37,262 nucleotides of DNA from Phoronis australis (lineage: Eukaryota; Animalia; Phoronida), in contig NMRA01000434.1 of NCBI GenBank assembly GCA_002633005.1, positions 349,086-386,347 on the forward strand, in the 5' to 3' direction. The notes beneath the pieces are model-generated. The model worked only from the letters and a program-made list of their open reading frames with translations. It was not told the origin of the DNA and ran no database searches. The translations under genes and the position numbers were made by a program. Below, in pieces: positions 1-12,300 of the stretch. Within the stretch, counting starts at the first letter, position 1; every line of letters starts with the position of its first letter.

Positions 1-777
1 GATGATCAATTACGCACTTATTTGCTCTCCGTTTTAACGTTGATCATCGTCAATACACCTCCAAAAATTGCACATCGTCTTTGCACAAACTACATTGAGA
101 TTTAAGTCTCCCGAAAAAAGTTGACGATCGGATAGTGTTTAAAAGTCTAATTCTAAATTTCTCCAGTTAGTGCACAAATGCAGTAAAAGAAAGTAGTTCT
201 GCTTGTCGCGTCAGCTGGTGGTATCATTATCTCGATTTATGACCCACAACCCGTGACTGGACAAAGCCTTTTCAAATTAGCCGGTGGAGCGTGAGACCCC
301 CGAGGTCCCAATCGAGTCCTCACGATCGACATCTCCGCGTTATGGAGTATATGGCCATGTTGATTGCAGCTGGTGCATGTCATAAGCATCGACATTGTTG
401 ATAATTTGGGAGTTTTTTGCACTTTTTGTTGGGTGCAGAAGCTGTGTTTGTGAGTGATGGACATGATATTGTTAGCAAGACAGCAAGTCAGTCGAGTTTA
501 CAGCTCCATGAGCCGTGTTCATAAATCTGTGTGCCGTGTTCTTTTAAGTACCCTGCTCATCACGAAAAAGACGGTACTAAGTAGGTCAGAATCGTTCAGA
601 AACTCAGAGCAATGGGCATCTCCACTCCAGACAACATATAGGCAACACGCAGCCCCCTTGGTTGGCTGCGGCATTCAGCGCAATGTAATTTTCTAGTCAA
701 ATTCAAAGACATAGTCAAAGACTTCAATGAGGACTCAATTTAATTCATTACTAATTAAAATGACAATAAAGTCTTAC

Positions 778-921
778 TTTAGTCAGCTGTGCTATTTTCT
801 TAGACATCTTGAGATGCATGTCATGAGAAACTTCCATGTCTTTTGTTCCATTTTGGGGCAGGGTTCCGTACGTTCCTTGTTTATAAAAGTTGAACCCAGC
901 CATTTTTGCCCCCGTCGCCAT
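778..921 (-). CDS. FAM184A: FAM184A/B-like coiled-coil protein, coding exon 1 (gene continues off the left edge)
   Basis: Encodes MATGAKMAGFNFYKQGTYGTLPQNGTKDMEVSHDMHLKMSKKIAQLTK (48 codons). MHLKMSKKIAQLTKV is the hallmark N-terminal FAM184 motif. Start context caagATGGCG; ends at a phase-0 donor AAA|GTAAGA. A versus B paralog cannot be resolved. Confidence 0.9.
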
Positions 922-1315
922 CTTGGATTGGCGCTTCACTGCTTTGTTTCTACGCTGCAGTCACTTACAAAACAATTTATTTACATAATATATCACTTTT
1001 TTCGTTTACTTTCAGAGAAAAATTTACTACTCAAAACATTGTATCGATCGTATGATTATATTATTGCTCATGTATCCAGATTTTTCACAAAACGTATGAA
1101 AGTAGTGCAGATCAAAAGCATATTGTTGCCATGAGTACAGAAAATAGGTCAAGACAGTACTCCACTGAGGCAGTAAAAAAATTATTCATGTTGGTTGAAG
1201 TTCGTAAATCATTCGCTAGGACGGCGTCACCGGTCACGCAAAGCAGTTCTGTTCTGTAGCCGTAAGGAACTGAGGAATATTAGACCCGGCGGATTTTATG
1301 ATGAAAGTTAAAAGA

Positions 1316-1896
1316 CAGGGGGACCCAGGATTTTTAAAAGGGGGGTCGGATAAAAGATTCTTAAAAAGGGGGTCCAAGTAAACAATTTGAAAATTCCAGA
1401 TTTGATTTCACTAACATCTAGGAAAAACCGGGGTAAAGTGGCCGGTTGCATGAAACACTGAGTCCCAAATAGGGACTCAACTAAGTTCCCTAAATCTACT
1501 GCGTATTTTTGGACTTGTGAAAACACTGATTGTCCATATGCTGTTTTGAGTTTCAGTCAACTTTTAGCTTTGATACAAATCGAGAGTGAACTCGACGTTG
1601 CATTCTCAATATTATCGAGAATGCATAGGGATCTTTTCATGCAACACTTAAGGACTAAGTCCCTATTTATTTTCATTGAATTCAGGGCTCACTTTTTAGT
1701 TATAAATATTATTAGAAAATGCCTTTTAGTTTAAGTGGAGATCATAATAAAGATGAAATGACTGAAAAAAGATTACATCTGTGAGTAAACAAAGACGCGA
1801 ATAGGCAAAAGATTTAGGGAACTCAGTTGAGTCCCTCGTACCGTTTCATGTAACCCCGGCGGCACAGACTCCTTGACCCCCATGGATCCGTCTATG
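1316..1896. mobile_element. Degenerate MITE with CAG(G/T)GGCGGATCC-type ends, hosting a nested MITE
   Basis: Left end cagggggacccagg and right end catggatccgtctatg are imperfect inverted repeats, with G-runs and C-runs inside. No clear TSD. Confidence 0.5.
1440..1860. mobile_element. MITE with ~50-bp terminal inverted repeats (possibly PIF/Harbinger-like), nested
   Basis: 1440-1497 (ggccggttgcatgaaac...agggactcaactaagttccctaaatct) is the reverse complement, with indels, of 1810-1860 (agatttagggaactcagttgagtccct...gtttcatgtaaccccggc). Confidence 0.75.
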
Positions 1897-2901
1897 AAAG
1901 TCTAATTCTATTTTCGTTTTCAGACAACTGAACAAGGGCGAATGCAGCTTTATTAGTAACAAGATATGTAGTAAGCTGATCGGGTAGCTATACCCATTTG
2001 GGCCTTCAATTAATGTTTATGATGGGGTTGTCCGGCTGGGTAATATCTTACTAGATAATAAATTTGTTCGTTTTTTCTACGCTTATTGATAATACAACAA
2101 GTCATTTAATTAAATGACAAAAAGTGTTGGTCAAAGACGACAAACTTGAAGAAATTTTAAAGACGCGTCTGCCATGTAACGCTCCATTTTTGCGTTAGCA
2201 TTCACGCTGAAATTAAAAAAGAGATGTTGCATGGGGTTTTTTGATGGATTAGCAGTGTTCTATGGCTTAGCTGAAATTAGTTTAATTTACTTTTTACGAT
2301 GTTTTTCACAACATTCACCCTTTGTGTTCATTGCAATTTTACCCACTGTCGTACAATTATTTTCTAGTGCTCTCCTTGGTATTATGATGAAGAAGGGTAA
2401 AAGGTTTTAGTTTTCAATGTGATTAACAAACTGTAATTCCAGTGAACAATTCAATCAAGAGTAGTGTAGACGAGGTTCGTGTGTTGAGCTGGTGCTCGAT
2501 TTAAGGAGATTCCGTTTATGAAATGAACTCGGGCGAATCATAGATCTGTATGTTAAGACAAAATTTACCCTCATTTGTCATTTTTTAAACGTGGGACCGT
2601 AGTTTTCAATCTAATCATTTAACCATTTATACATTCCGTTCAAATGCTCCTGGATTGAATAGTTTCCGTGTAGCTATTCGTATAACTGAAAACCCAATAG
2701 GATTTTATTCTCACTACCGAGTGCACAAGGTTTGAGTGCGTAAGTTACGTACCAGTGATGGAAGAGGGCGTCGTCTTAGTAGCACAATGGGCTTTGGTTC
2801 CTGGGGGTCCCAAAAAGGGGCTTAAAAACCCTTTAATTAAAATTTCGAGTGGATCCATTTGAATATCGTTTCATTAAATCGCCCCACAAATTAAACTGGT
2901 G

Positions 2902-3500
2902 CAACTTAAGACATGACAATGTGTGGGGTTGTTGATTAAGACACTAGTTAACAACAATTAGCGATTTATTTAAACTTTCAAGTGCAACAAAAATCTTTTT
3001 CCAAAAATAGTGTAGGAGCTCTGGACACCATATCCACTACTAAGACACGATTTTTCTTGGGGTATGTAAATATGACAAGCCTGAAGGTTTTAGGATCCCG
3101 AGGGATAAGAAGACCGTCAATAATGAACTTGTATAAAAAGGAAGTCCAATTTTTTGATTGATGCTATGAATAAGACATAATTTCAGATGAACAAAAATTC
3201 ATCTTGACACGAAAATTTGTGGGTGTATTGATTAACATGCCGTCTAATTAATGACTAATTAACGAGTTATTTAAGCTCTTACGGGCAATAAAAACTCTTT
3301 TTGTAACAGATAGTTTTGTAACCCTGGACAGCATATCAACAACTTAAGACGCGATGCTCTTAGGGGTTTGTAAATAAGATGGGGGGTATTTGGACCGTGA
3401 AGGGATCAGACGACCTTAGAGGAAGTGCAACAATTTTGATTGATGCTATGAATGAAACATTATTTTAAGTGAACAGAAATTCAACTTCAGACATGGAAAT
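2902..3500. repeat. Degenerate ~280-300-bp tandem repeat, ~2 copies
   Basis: Recurring blocks: ctggaca(c/g)catatc at ~3021 and ~3323; ttgattgatgctatgaat at ~3154 and ~3436; caactt(a/c)agacatg at ~2902 and ~3482. Confidence 0.7.
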
Positions 3501-5227
3501 GTCTGATCGAAGTTCATCATTTAGAACCTACAAAACAACTACCAATTAACAGTTCATATAATCTTTCAAGTACGCCAAAAATGAACAAAAATAAGCAAAA
3601 ATGTAATTTAATATACACATTGGTAACATGGTAACAAATGAAAGTATTAGAGTATCGTAATATACACGACACAGTCTATTGTTTCATAGTGATTAAATGG
3701 AACTGTAGTCACCTCATTTGTGAATTAATTTATCATGACAGAGTATCACGACCTTCATCTACATCACCATCCATGCCATCATCTATGTGAGCAACCGTTC
3801 ACAGTTGCCACTTGGCTGTATTTTGACTGGAACTTCTGAAATAAGTGGAAGGGGTCTTTGCCGTCAACATTTTCCCAGCTATTGGTGGGTGTTTTGTCCA
3901 GAGTTGGTGATGAACAATACCCCCATGGTGTGAATAAAGTCTTCCTGGCTCTCCAACTAGTAGAATGGTCATTGCGGGTCATCGTAAATAGTTGAAAGCG
4001 GGAGAGGGGGGAGAGTGGCCCTCAATCATGAAATTTGGTGCATAGCCCTCCCCCACTAAACAGTGACGTAGGAAGCGGGGTGCACTCCAAAAATTTTCAG
4101 GCCTAAGGAAGAAGCCTTCGAGCGGATCGACATGTCATTATGCGAGGGCAGGGGCAACCGAGAAAAGAACGACACAGCGAAACACGAAGAGCGAAAAATT
4201 GGTGAACATTTGCTGACGATACCAGTGCTGGAATTACCTTCTGGGGCCCTTGCGCATGAGACATTTGGAGCCTTCTGGTTTAAAAAATCCAATTTTATTG
4301 ATAACGCGGGCAAAAAAGTCACAAAAAAATTTGTTATGCACATTTTTCCGGAGCACATTGATTCAGATGGTATACTAAACTCGCCAACTTTACAATTTTT
4401 ATGAATGCAAGACCATGAGAGTAAAAAGTTTAATTCGATTTTCAGTTTTAGTCCGCTAAACAAGGCTATCGAAACTGGGCAAAACCACTCCGAAACCCGC
4501 CAAGTTTTCCGAACAATTATCAATTATACCTGGCGCTAAGCTAGACCACTGCCGGACAGCCATGTTCTGTACGGTTGCTCGCCGACTATCAGCCTAGGTT
4601 ATGTAACGGGGAAAACAGAATAAATATTTAAAATACGATTTCTGTCGATTTTGATTTAGTTCCGTCTAGAAAATGCTATCCAACCGTCTCTCGCACGTAT
4701 GTTGTAAAATACCAGCGTTTCTAACTGAGTAGATTGTAGTATTTCCCGTGTCTTTATGACTCATGACCATTTAACTTTTATTTACACTTGTATTTCGGCG
4801 TTATTCTCCATCTTTTAGTGTAATAAGTTCCATTTTTCTCCATGTTTCTGTTAAATTTAATGTCGTAGAAATAGCCCAACTGGCTAATGTAAACCTGTTC
4901 CTCGAAGGACATGAATAATCGAGTTCTGAATTCTCTTCCTCTTTCAAGATCAAACATGATCAATGAGTTCTAGCTAGCGTGCATACACGGAAAAGTAAAC
5001 TATAGAATAACGTTTCGCGAGTTCTTCGTATTGATTCTTTGAAATGCGCGCTCTTGGTTATTACTCATTACTTTTTGTATCGTCATGACTTGACAACTGA
5101 AAATCCCCACCGTGATTTCACCATGGTACGAAACTATTTGTTGATTTGACCCCTATTCACTCGGTGACCTACTTTAAGACCGTTTGGACCTTTAAATTTG
5201 AAATTGAGGCCGGTCTTTCACACAAAG

Positions 5228-5296
5228 ATGGCGTGCACAGTTTGTCGATACTTGATCAGTTTTGTCGTGCTTTTAGCAAATTTAGGACTTTCAGAG
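5228..5296 (+). CDS. WBP1L: WBP1/WBP1L-family protein, exon 1 (signal peptide)
   Basis: aaagATGGCG start; MACTVCRYLISFVVLLANLGLSE is signal-peptide-like; the phase-0 donor GAG|GTAATT joins exon 2 in frame. Linking it across the 11.4-kb intron is inferred. Confidence 0.72.
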
Positions 5297-6009
5297 GTAA
5301 TTATTCGAAGCATTTATGTTTTTCATGCAAATTTAAATAGTTTCGTTACGCTTTGTGAGAAGTTGCAATCGAATTTGTACCCGTTTTTGGTGGAGCAAAT
5401 CTTGGCCTTCAATCAATTCGACTGCCCGGACACAGCTGTGTCAGTTTTGTTATCAGCTGATACTGATACGGTACTGTATTGTGAGCAGATTGAGATTCTG
5501 ACCATCTCATCAAATCATATGTTTCGCTTTGGAATGTATGTATCTCTCACTTCACTCTGTGGATGTTACCTGAGCTGTATGTTGGCACTTGTTGTCCTAA
5601 ATTGTTGTAAATGTGATCCTGATGATGTCTAATGAAATAACGAAACGTTGAATTGAACATGAACTTTTTTATTTGTGCGGCGATCGTCCGGTTTTTAAAA
5701 TCTATATTCTTGTGGATATTTGGCTGAATGCTCAGACTTCATGGATAAAGTCCTATACACTTTGTTTAGGTATGTTATCGAGGTGGATTCAATTGGAAAC
5801 GTCTAAAATGTGTTACAAGGTAATATCTCATCTCACCTCGGGGGTGGGTTAATAGGATTGTATCCTTCCTGTTTAATATCAGTGATTAACCATTGTGCAG
5901 AGGTTGGTCGATGGAGGAAGTATTCCTGTACTGTTGAGAGTTTTCAGTGTGGGAAATGTCCAACTATTGAGGATTTGCTCCGGTCTTTAAACGCCTAGTG
6001 ATAAGTCTC

Positions 6010-7646
6010 ATTTTTATTGCCGTCATCTCTGTCTGGGCGTCAGGTTTCTGTGGCTATATCTCCTAAACCCCTTGCAGGATCTAATTGAAATTTGGCAGGT
6101 GTGTTCCTATGGGGTTGACAACAGGGGGCGACGAGTTTCGGACCGACCTGAATACCGCTGTGTCGCCTAGCGTAATTTTAGTTTTTTATATTTGCCAGCT
6201 GTCCTCAACCGATTTTTCATGAAATATGGCACATAGCATCTATTTATGAGGTGACGCTATCCTTCCGTTTTCTGATGGATTCGAGGTATTTTGCACCATC
6301 TAGTGGCAATTTTTAGTATTTTCGAGTCCGTTTTTTGGCGATTGATGATTGTGAAAATTGGCTTGTATCTTACTGTGAAGAGGACTGTTGACGATGACAT
6401 TCCGACGAATTTGACTTCTAGGGCACCTTCTAGTGGCAGGTTTGTTTGTTTTTGCACCCTTCGCTGTATCTCCTAAACGCTCTACAGGATCTTTATTGAA
6501 TGCAGCAAATGTGTTTATATGAATTGGACAACAGACAACATCGACTTTTGGACAGATCGAATTACAGTTGTGCTCCCTAGTGGTAATTTTAGTAGTTAAC
6601 GTTTACCTCTGTATCTTCAAAGGTGCTCAATGGATTTCCATATAATTTGGCACATATTGATAAGGTGACATTATCCTTCCGTTTTCAGATGGATTCAAGT
6701 TATTTTGCACCACCTAGTGGTCACCAAACCACTATAAGGATCGATGATTGTGAAAATTGGCATGTGTGTTCTTACTATGAAGAGGACAATTGATGATGTT
6801 TTTGCGTTGACTTCGACTACTGTGCCCCCTCCTAGTGGCAGTTTTGTTTTTGTTTTTGTTTTGGGCCCATGTGTACCTGTATATCCTAAGCCCTCTGCAA
6901 AATCTTTATTACATTTAGCACATGTATTTATATGAAGTTAAAACCGGAAAACGACTACTTTCAGACGGGTCTGACTAACAGTGCCCCTTCACTAGTGGCA
7001 ATTTCATTTTTTCTGTTTTCCTCTGTGTCTCTGTTGAAGTTCCTCGACGAAGTTTCATGAAGTTTGTTAAATAGCTTTCTTTTAAAGAAACGGTGACATT
7101 TTCCTGTTTTCAGATGGATTCGACGTATCTTGCTCCATCTACTGGCCATTTTTACTATTCTCTAGTCTGTTTTTGGCGTCCACCCTCTGTCAACCAAACC
7201 ATTAAAATTGACTTATGTACTGTTTGTGTGAAAAGGACAGTTGACAATGATTTTCCGGCTTCCATTACTATGGCGCCTCCTAGTGGCATTTTTTTCGCCC
7301 TTAGCTGTATCTCATAAACCCTCTGCAGAATGTTTATTAAATTTAGCAAGTGTATTTATGTGATGTTGACAATGGAAGACGGCAACTTTCAGACGGATTC
7401 GATGAATGCTTTGTCCCCTAGTGGCAATTATGTTTTTTCCTTTTTTTTCAAGCTTCTTGATGGATTTTTATGAAATGTGGTAAATAGCTTTCTGTTAAAA
7501 AACGGTGACATTTTCTAGTTTTTTAATGGATTCGAAATATTTTGCACTATCTAGTGGCCATTTTTATGATACAAATAAACACTCTAGAAGCACGCCGTTT
7601 GCAGTGCATTGGTGTGCGCATTTCAACGCTCCGGGTTGCTCTTGTT
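6010..7646 (+). mobile_element. Old non-autonomous Helentron/DINE-1-like element with ~410-430-bp internal tandem units
   Basis: The unit anchor ct(a/g)tat(c/a)tc(c/a)taa recurs at 6054, 6464, 6877 and 7305, along with repeated ctagtggc and gatggattc blocks. T-run and gtctg-like sequence at the left end; ends in a short hairpin plus ctcttgtt at 7646. Confidence 0.62.
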
Positions 7647-7823
7647 ATTAAGTTCACATGATCGGTAAGCTCTCTAGTACTATTTAGAAATTGCAGAAAT
7701 ATAGAGTAGCGTTTTAATCCAACCAACTTGCTGTCCAGCTTGAGTAATTTTCGACACCAACAATTGTTTCATTTCCACCTGAATTGCTTAATGCGATAAC
7801 TTGCTGTATTAATTGATTAACAT

Positions 7824-9311
7824 AACGAGAGCGCTCGGAGGAGCGACACTTGGCGGAATTAATCGAAAATACGACGAACACGATATCATTCATGTGACTA
7901 GCGAAGAAATCAAATAGAGAGCATACAATCAACTACAATAAAGAATGAAAGCCCGTTCAAAACTCTATCTAAAGTGGTAGTTTATCAAACAGGATAACAT
8001 TCATGTGACTAGCGAAGCAATCAAATAGAGAGCATACAATCAACTACAATAAAGAACAATAGATGGCGCAACATGACGGTCCAGTCTACAGTAGGACAGT
8101 GCTGGCTGGTTCAGTCTGGGTCAACTAGGCATAACCAAAACAAAGTGAACTAAATGCCAGCCAGCTGTGTGCTTGCATAAGTGAACAAAGGAACAACGGT
8201 ATCCGAAAATCTCGAATAATTCAAAAAGTAGACGTCATAGCGCAAAATGGAAAATATCTTCTGAAAGCCCGTTCAAAACTCTATCTAAACCGGTAGTTTG
8301 GCAATCACGATAACATTCGTGTGACTAGCGAAGAAATAAAATAGAGAGCATACAATCAACTACAATAAAGAACAATAGAAGGCGCAACAGTAGGACAGTG
8401 CTGGCTGGGTCAGTCTGGGTCAACTAGGCATAACCAAAACAAAGTGAGCTGAAAGCCAGCCAGCTGCGTGTGACTGAAGGAACAACGGTATCCGAAAATC
8501 TCGCATAATTCATAAAGTAGACATCGTAGCGCAAAATGGAAAATATCTCCTGAAAGCCTGTTCAAAACTCTATCTAAAGTGGTAGTTTGGCAAAAATCCA
8601 AAAAATTTTCGAGAAAATTGAAAATTCGCGTTTTTTTTTTTGAAATTCAAAGTCAAATAACTCGAAAACGGTAAGTCTGAGAAATACGCTCTCGCAGACT
8701 TTTTGAAAGGCCATACTTCAAGGAATCCACATGCAAAAATTCACGTCATTTGCTCTTCCCATAAAAAATGAGACACCAGAGCGATTGAAACCGTAAGAAC
8801 ATGCCCCACAGCCGCCATCTTGAAGGTGATTTCCGGTTCAATAATTTTTTATAAAAGCTTATTAAACTAAACAAACACGTGACCAGATTGAAAGTAATTG
8901 ATTTGCAAATACGCCCTCTAGAAGAGAAAACGTTTTAGCCATATTTCGGGGTGCGCATGCACCATGTCCAATATTTCCGCTATCTTTGACCGGAAGTCAA
9001 CGATTTTCTGCACAATTGTAGCACATACTTTCTAGTATATTCGTACCGATTTTCAGCCATGTAGGTCGAAAAATGCGGCCTCTACGAGTATTTGACTGTG
9101 AAATCGGATAAAAAATGGCCGCCACGTCCGCCATTTTGTATCCGATCATGACCAAAAACAATAGCGTTCTAGCAGTTTCCGATCTACAGGTTGTGTGCAA
9201 ATTTCGTGAAAATCGGACAAAAATTGTGACCTGTAGAGAGCGAACAAACAAAAAAAAAATAAAAACTCGCTGTCAGACCAACATACTTGGCGGAAAAATT
9301 TCGCCAAGTAA
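7824..9311 (-). mobile_element. Non-autonomous Helentron/DINE-1-like element (HINE), apparently complete, copy 1
   Basis: Terminal hairpin tacttggcggaa-aaa-tttcgccaagta (9284-9310). The matching subterminal repeat acttggcggaa is at 7848-7858, beside a short palindrome cgctc-ggag-gagcg. Short aaca/poly-A tract near 9243; ~300-bp internal tandem units (about 7880-8590). Near-identical to 20567-21972. Strand follows the DINE-1 convention. Confidence 0.85.
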
Positions 9312-12300
9312 TGATAAACGATGCATTTATCCAGAGGTTCATCCAGGGTTTCGAAAATAAAGCATCCAAAATAGGTTTCCAATTTCTCAGGGCATCGTTG
9401 ACCAGTTACCTTACGCCTGAACACTTTTGGGGTAACTCGGTCTGTTAGCAAAGCACCGGTATAAATGACCATTGCAAATGCTGATATTGTTCATTTTGAG
9501 TGTGGTTACTGACATGCATATTATAAATTAATGTAATTTATCTAATACCTGATTTTGACAACTTGGGGCTGTAGTTGCATGCTTGATTTAATAACATAAT
9601 CAGCTATATGAAGACTATCGTCACAATACAGCTTGGTACCACTGTGTGTTGAGCTGCGTTAGACCCCGAAATTTCACTCAGCCCGGGTAGTTCTGTTCGT
9701 CACCTCGTCATGGAGCTTGTATCAACATTTAGAGGTAAAGACTGATGGGGCTGCATGGAAAATCTGGTAGTAAACTGACACTCACCTTGCCTGCTACAGC
9801 CGTTAAGTGAAAAACAATCCAATAAATGCTGTTTTCTTGCGTAATTCTCTGCCTTTTGTAACCCAGAAAAGTCTGCCGTAGTTTTGTAAACAGTACGCTC
9901 GTGACATGTGCACGTGCCATTTCCTAAATTCGTTGCAACATCTCTCTGGAGATGATGACAGATACGCAGCAGCAAAACTTGTTCTGAAATTTAGTTTGTA
10001 GCAAAATGAAACTAGTTCCAATAATATGTCGTGACATGTATGCAACCTTGTGGACGAAGAACAGTTGACTGAAGAATTGGGGAAACAAGAATTTGGCCAA
10101 TAGGTGGCGCAATATTTCTTGGTGCCGAAAGCTGATGCAAAAGATTGCTCCACAACCATAGCACCAAAATAACGATAGAACACCAATTTTCCAACACAGG
10201 TAAATAATTTAGTTTACTCAAGGAAGAGTATAGTTTTAAATGACACTAAGTTCATGTTAAATTTTATTTGGTCAGTTTCTTACCCACATCAGTGCAAAGC
10301 TGTTTATTTTACAGCTCTGCACCAAGGTTCCAATCAAACTTATGGTAGGTATCTTGTTGATAACCTTCAGAGGTCTCTTGTAAAAATTCCCAGATAGAAT
10401 GTACACTTATTATTCATACTCAAAGCAAACTAAAAAAAGTAAATTTACCTAGATGCTCCTAATTTCCAAGAAATTGAAGACCTACATAATTCATAGGAAA
10501 TTCCTGATAATTTGAAATATATCCTAGGAATTTTCGTCATATGATGACAGAACTCAGTTCTATTAAAATTTACTAGTTGGAAACAAGAGTCACCAACACA
10601 AGTTCCTGGTTTCAGAAACATTGACTGTAAAGAGGGAAGTGTAGGGTGACTTTCAGTGGATCACACTGAACGTTAACACCAGTCTGAAATATTTGGAAAA
10701 TGTCTAAACCTATGGGATTCACTAAAAATAGTCTTAATGGTAATCTTAATGTTGCATTCTTGTTTACTCATCTACCAAACTGAAGTGAAGTACTCAAAGA
10801 CATTTCAAACTTATCCACATCATGAAAAAGATTTGTTATATCTAATCATGTCATCCACATCATAAGGAAGTGTAATAAAGTAAAGCTGTCAATTTTGGTG
10901 GGGTGTGCCAACCCAGGGCCCTCACTCACCTGAGGGGAAAGGTGCCTTCTAAAGGGGAATTTCCGTGGCCTTTTTTACTTAGGGTTTTTTTGTGATTTAT
11001 TGCACTGTTTTTATGACAGTACTCTTTTATGCTTTCACAAATAGCAAGTATCATCTTAAAGTTAAACACTAAAAAGTGAGTCACTGTTACATCCACGATT
11101 TATTTTGTACAAGAGACGAGTGAAGCAGTACCCCCAGTTACAGCCAGGTGAGGATATGAGTCACCAGTCCCATGTAGTCAGCATGAGTAATGCTTTCTGA
11201 AAGTCTTCCTTTACTGTCATGGGATGGGAATCTTCGAGACAATTGAGTGAAAATTAATTTTGTGATTTCCATTTTTGGTCGTAATTCAACTGCGTGTTTC
11301 TGGAACATTGAACTACCACTAAAACAGTCCATTTTGCAACTTTTATTTTTTGACTAGTGTTTTTCTTACAGCCATGTACTCTCATTCCTATGGTATTAAT
11401 CAAGTTCTCGGGAATTTCCTGCTCAATTTGTAAGCATATGAAATATTTACATTGTCTCAATTTCTTGGAAATTAAGAGTGAAGGACGTATTATACTATTC
11501 TGTTATTAATAGTTGTAGTTGTCAATGACTCTGTCTGCTGTACCTTTGGAATTCAATTCATGGTTTCTGTTAGGCGAAGTATGATGCATCACAGGCTCAT
11601 GTTGTGCTGAACATCTGCTGAAACATTTTGGTTCTTGGTTGCACTTTCCAATGCAGAGACATTAGTATCAGTGTGTTCGTTAACTACCCATTCTAGAAAT
11701 TGGTTGTCATAGTTGTTGTTGAGCACTTGTCACAAGCGATGAAACTCCCACATTTCCATGCTGGATTTAGCTGCCAGTTCTAGAAAAATTGGCTCAAAGT
11801 TTATTTCTCGTGAAGTGCATAATGGGCTCCGGATATATGGTAATTTTTGATCTTCAATTGTAGAAGTTTGTAAGCTGTCATGCTGTTTTTTATTATTTTG
11901 TGAAACAGAAAGTGTGGTAAAATTTCACCAAATTCAGACAAAAACAAATGCCAAAATGCCATTTTTTCATTTTTCAATGACTTCTAACCTTGTTGTGAAT
12001 GCCCACAAATTTTCAAAACTTTGTTTGGTGGTAGCTGCGGTACAAAACCTGAACATGGGAAATTATAATTTAATTTGGTGCTACATGTTTTTCTTGGAAA
12101 AATGACGAAAAAAATTTCCCTTGTCTTGTTGCCCATATTGTGTCCTAAATTGGTGAGGTTTTACCATAATTTCAAACACGGTTTACCATGGAGCGTATGT
12201 GGGATGCTGAATAATGAGTTCTAAGCAATAGCTACATCTAAGCTGTCACCTATTTAGCACACAACAAAATTGTGAGCTGATGAGTTTTTGACCTGTTCCC

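Noticed and set aside
1-142. Possible end of a TTAA-flanked DNA transposon at the window start
   Set aside because: Only one end is visible (…agtgtttaa), so no TIR can be verified.
727-1134. 135-aa plus-strand ORF
   Set aside because: Overlaps the FAM184 exon antisense and has no recognisable motifs.
4056-4523. 155-aa minus and 90-aa plus overlapping ORFs
   Set aside because: No domain or splice support; the sequence looks like a non-coding repeat fragment.
5198-5632. 144-aa ORF as a single-exon gene
   Set aside because: Only 5228-5296 is supported (WBP1L exon 1); the rest is read-through past a good donor into the intron.
8997-9472. Cluster of overlapping ORFs, also seen at 21427-22005
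   Set aside because: They lie in the non-coding core of the HINE copies; their similarity reflects the repeat, with no Rep/helicase motifs.
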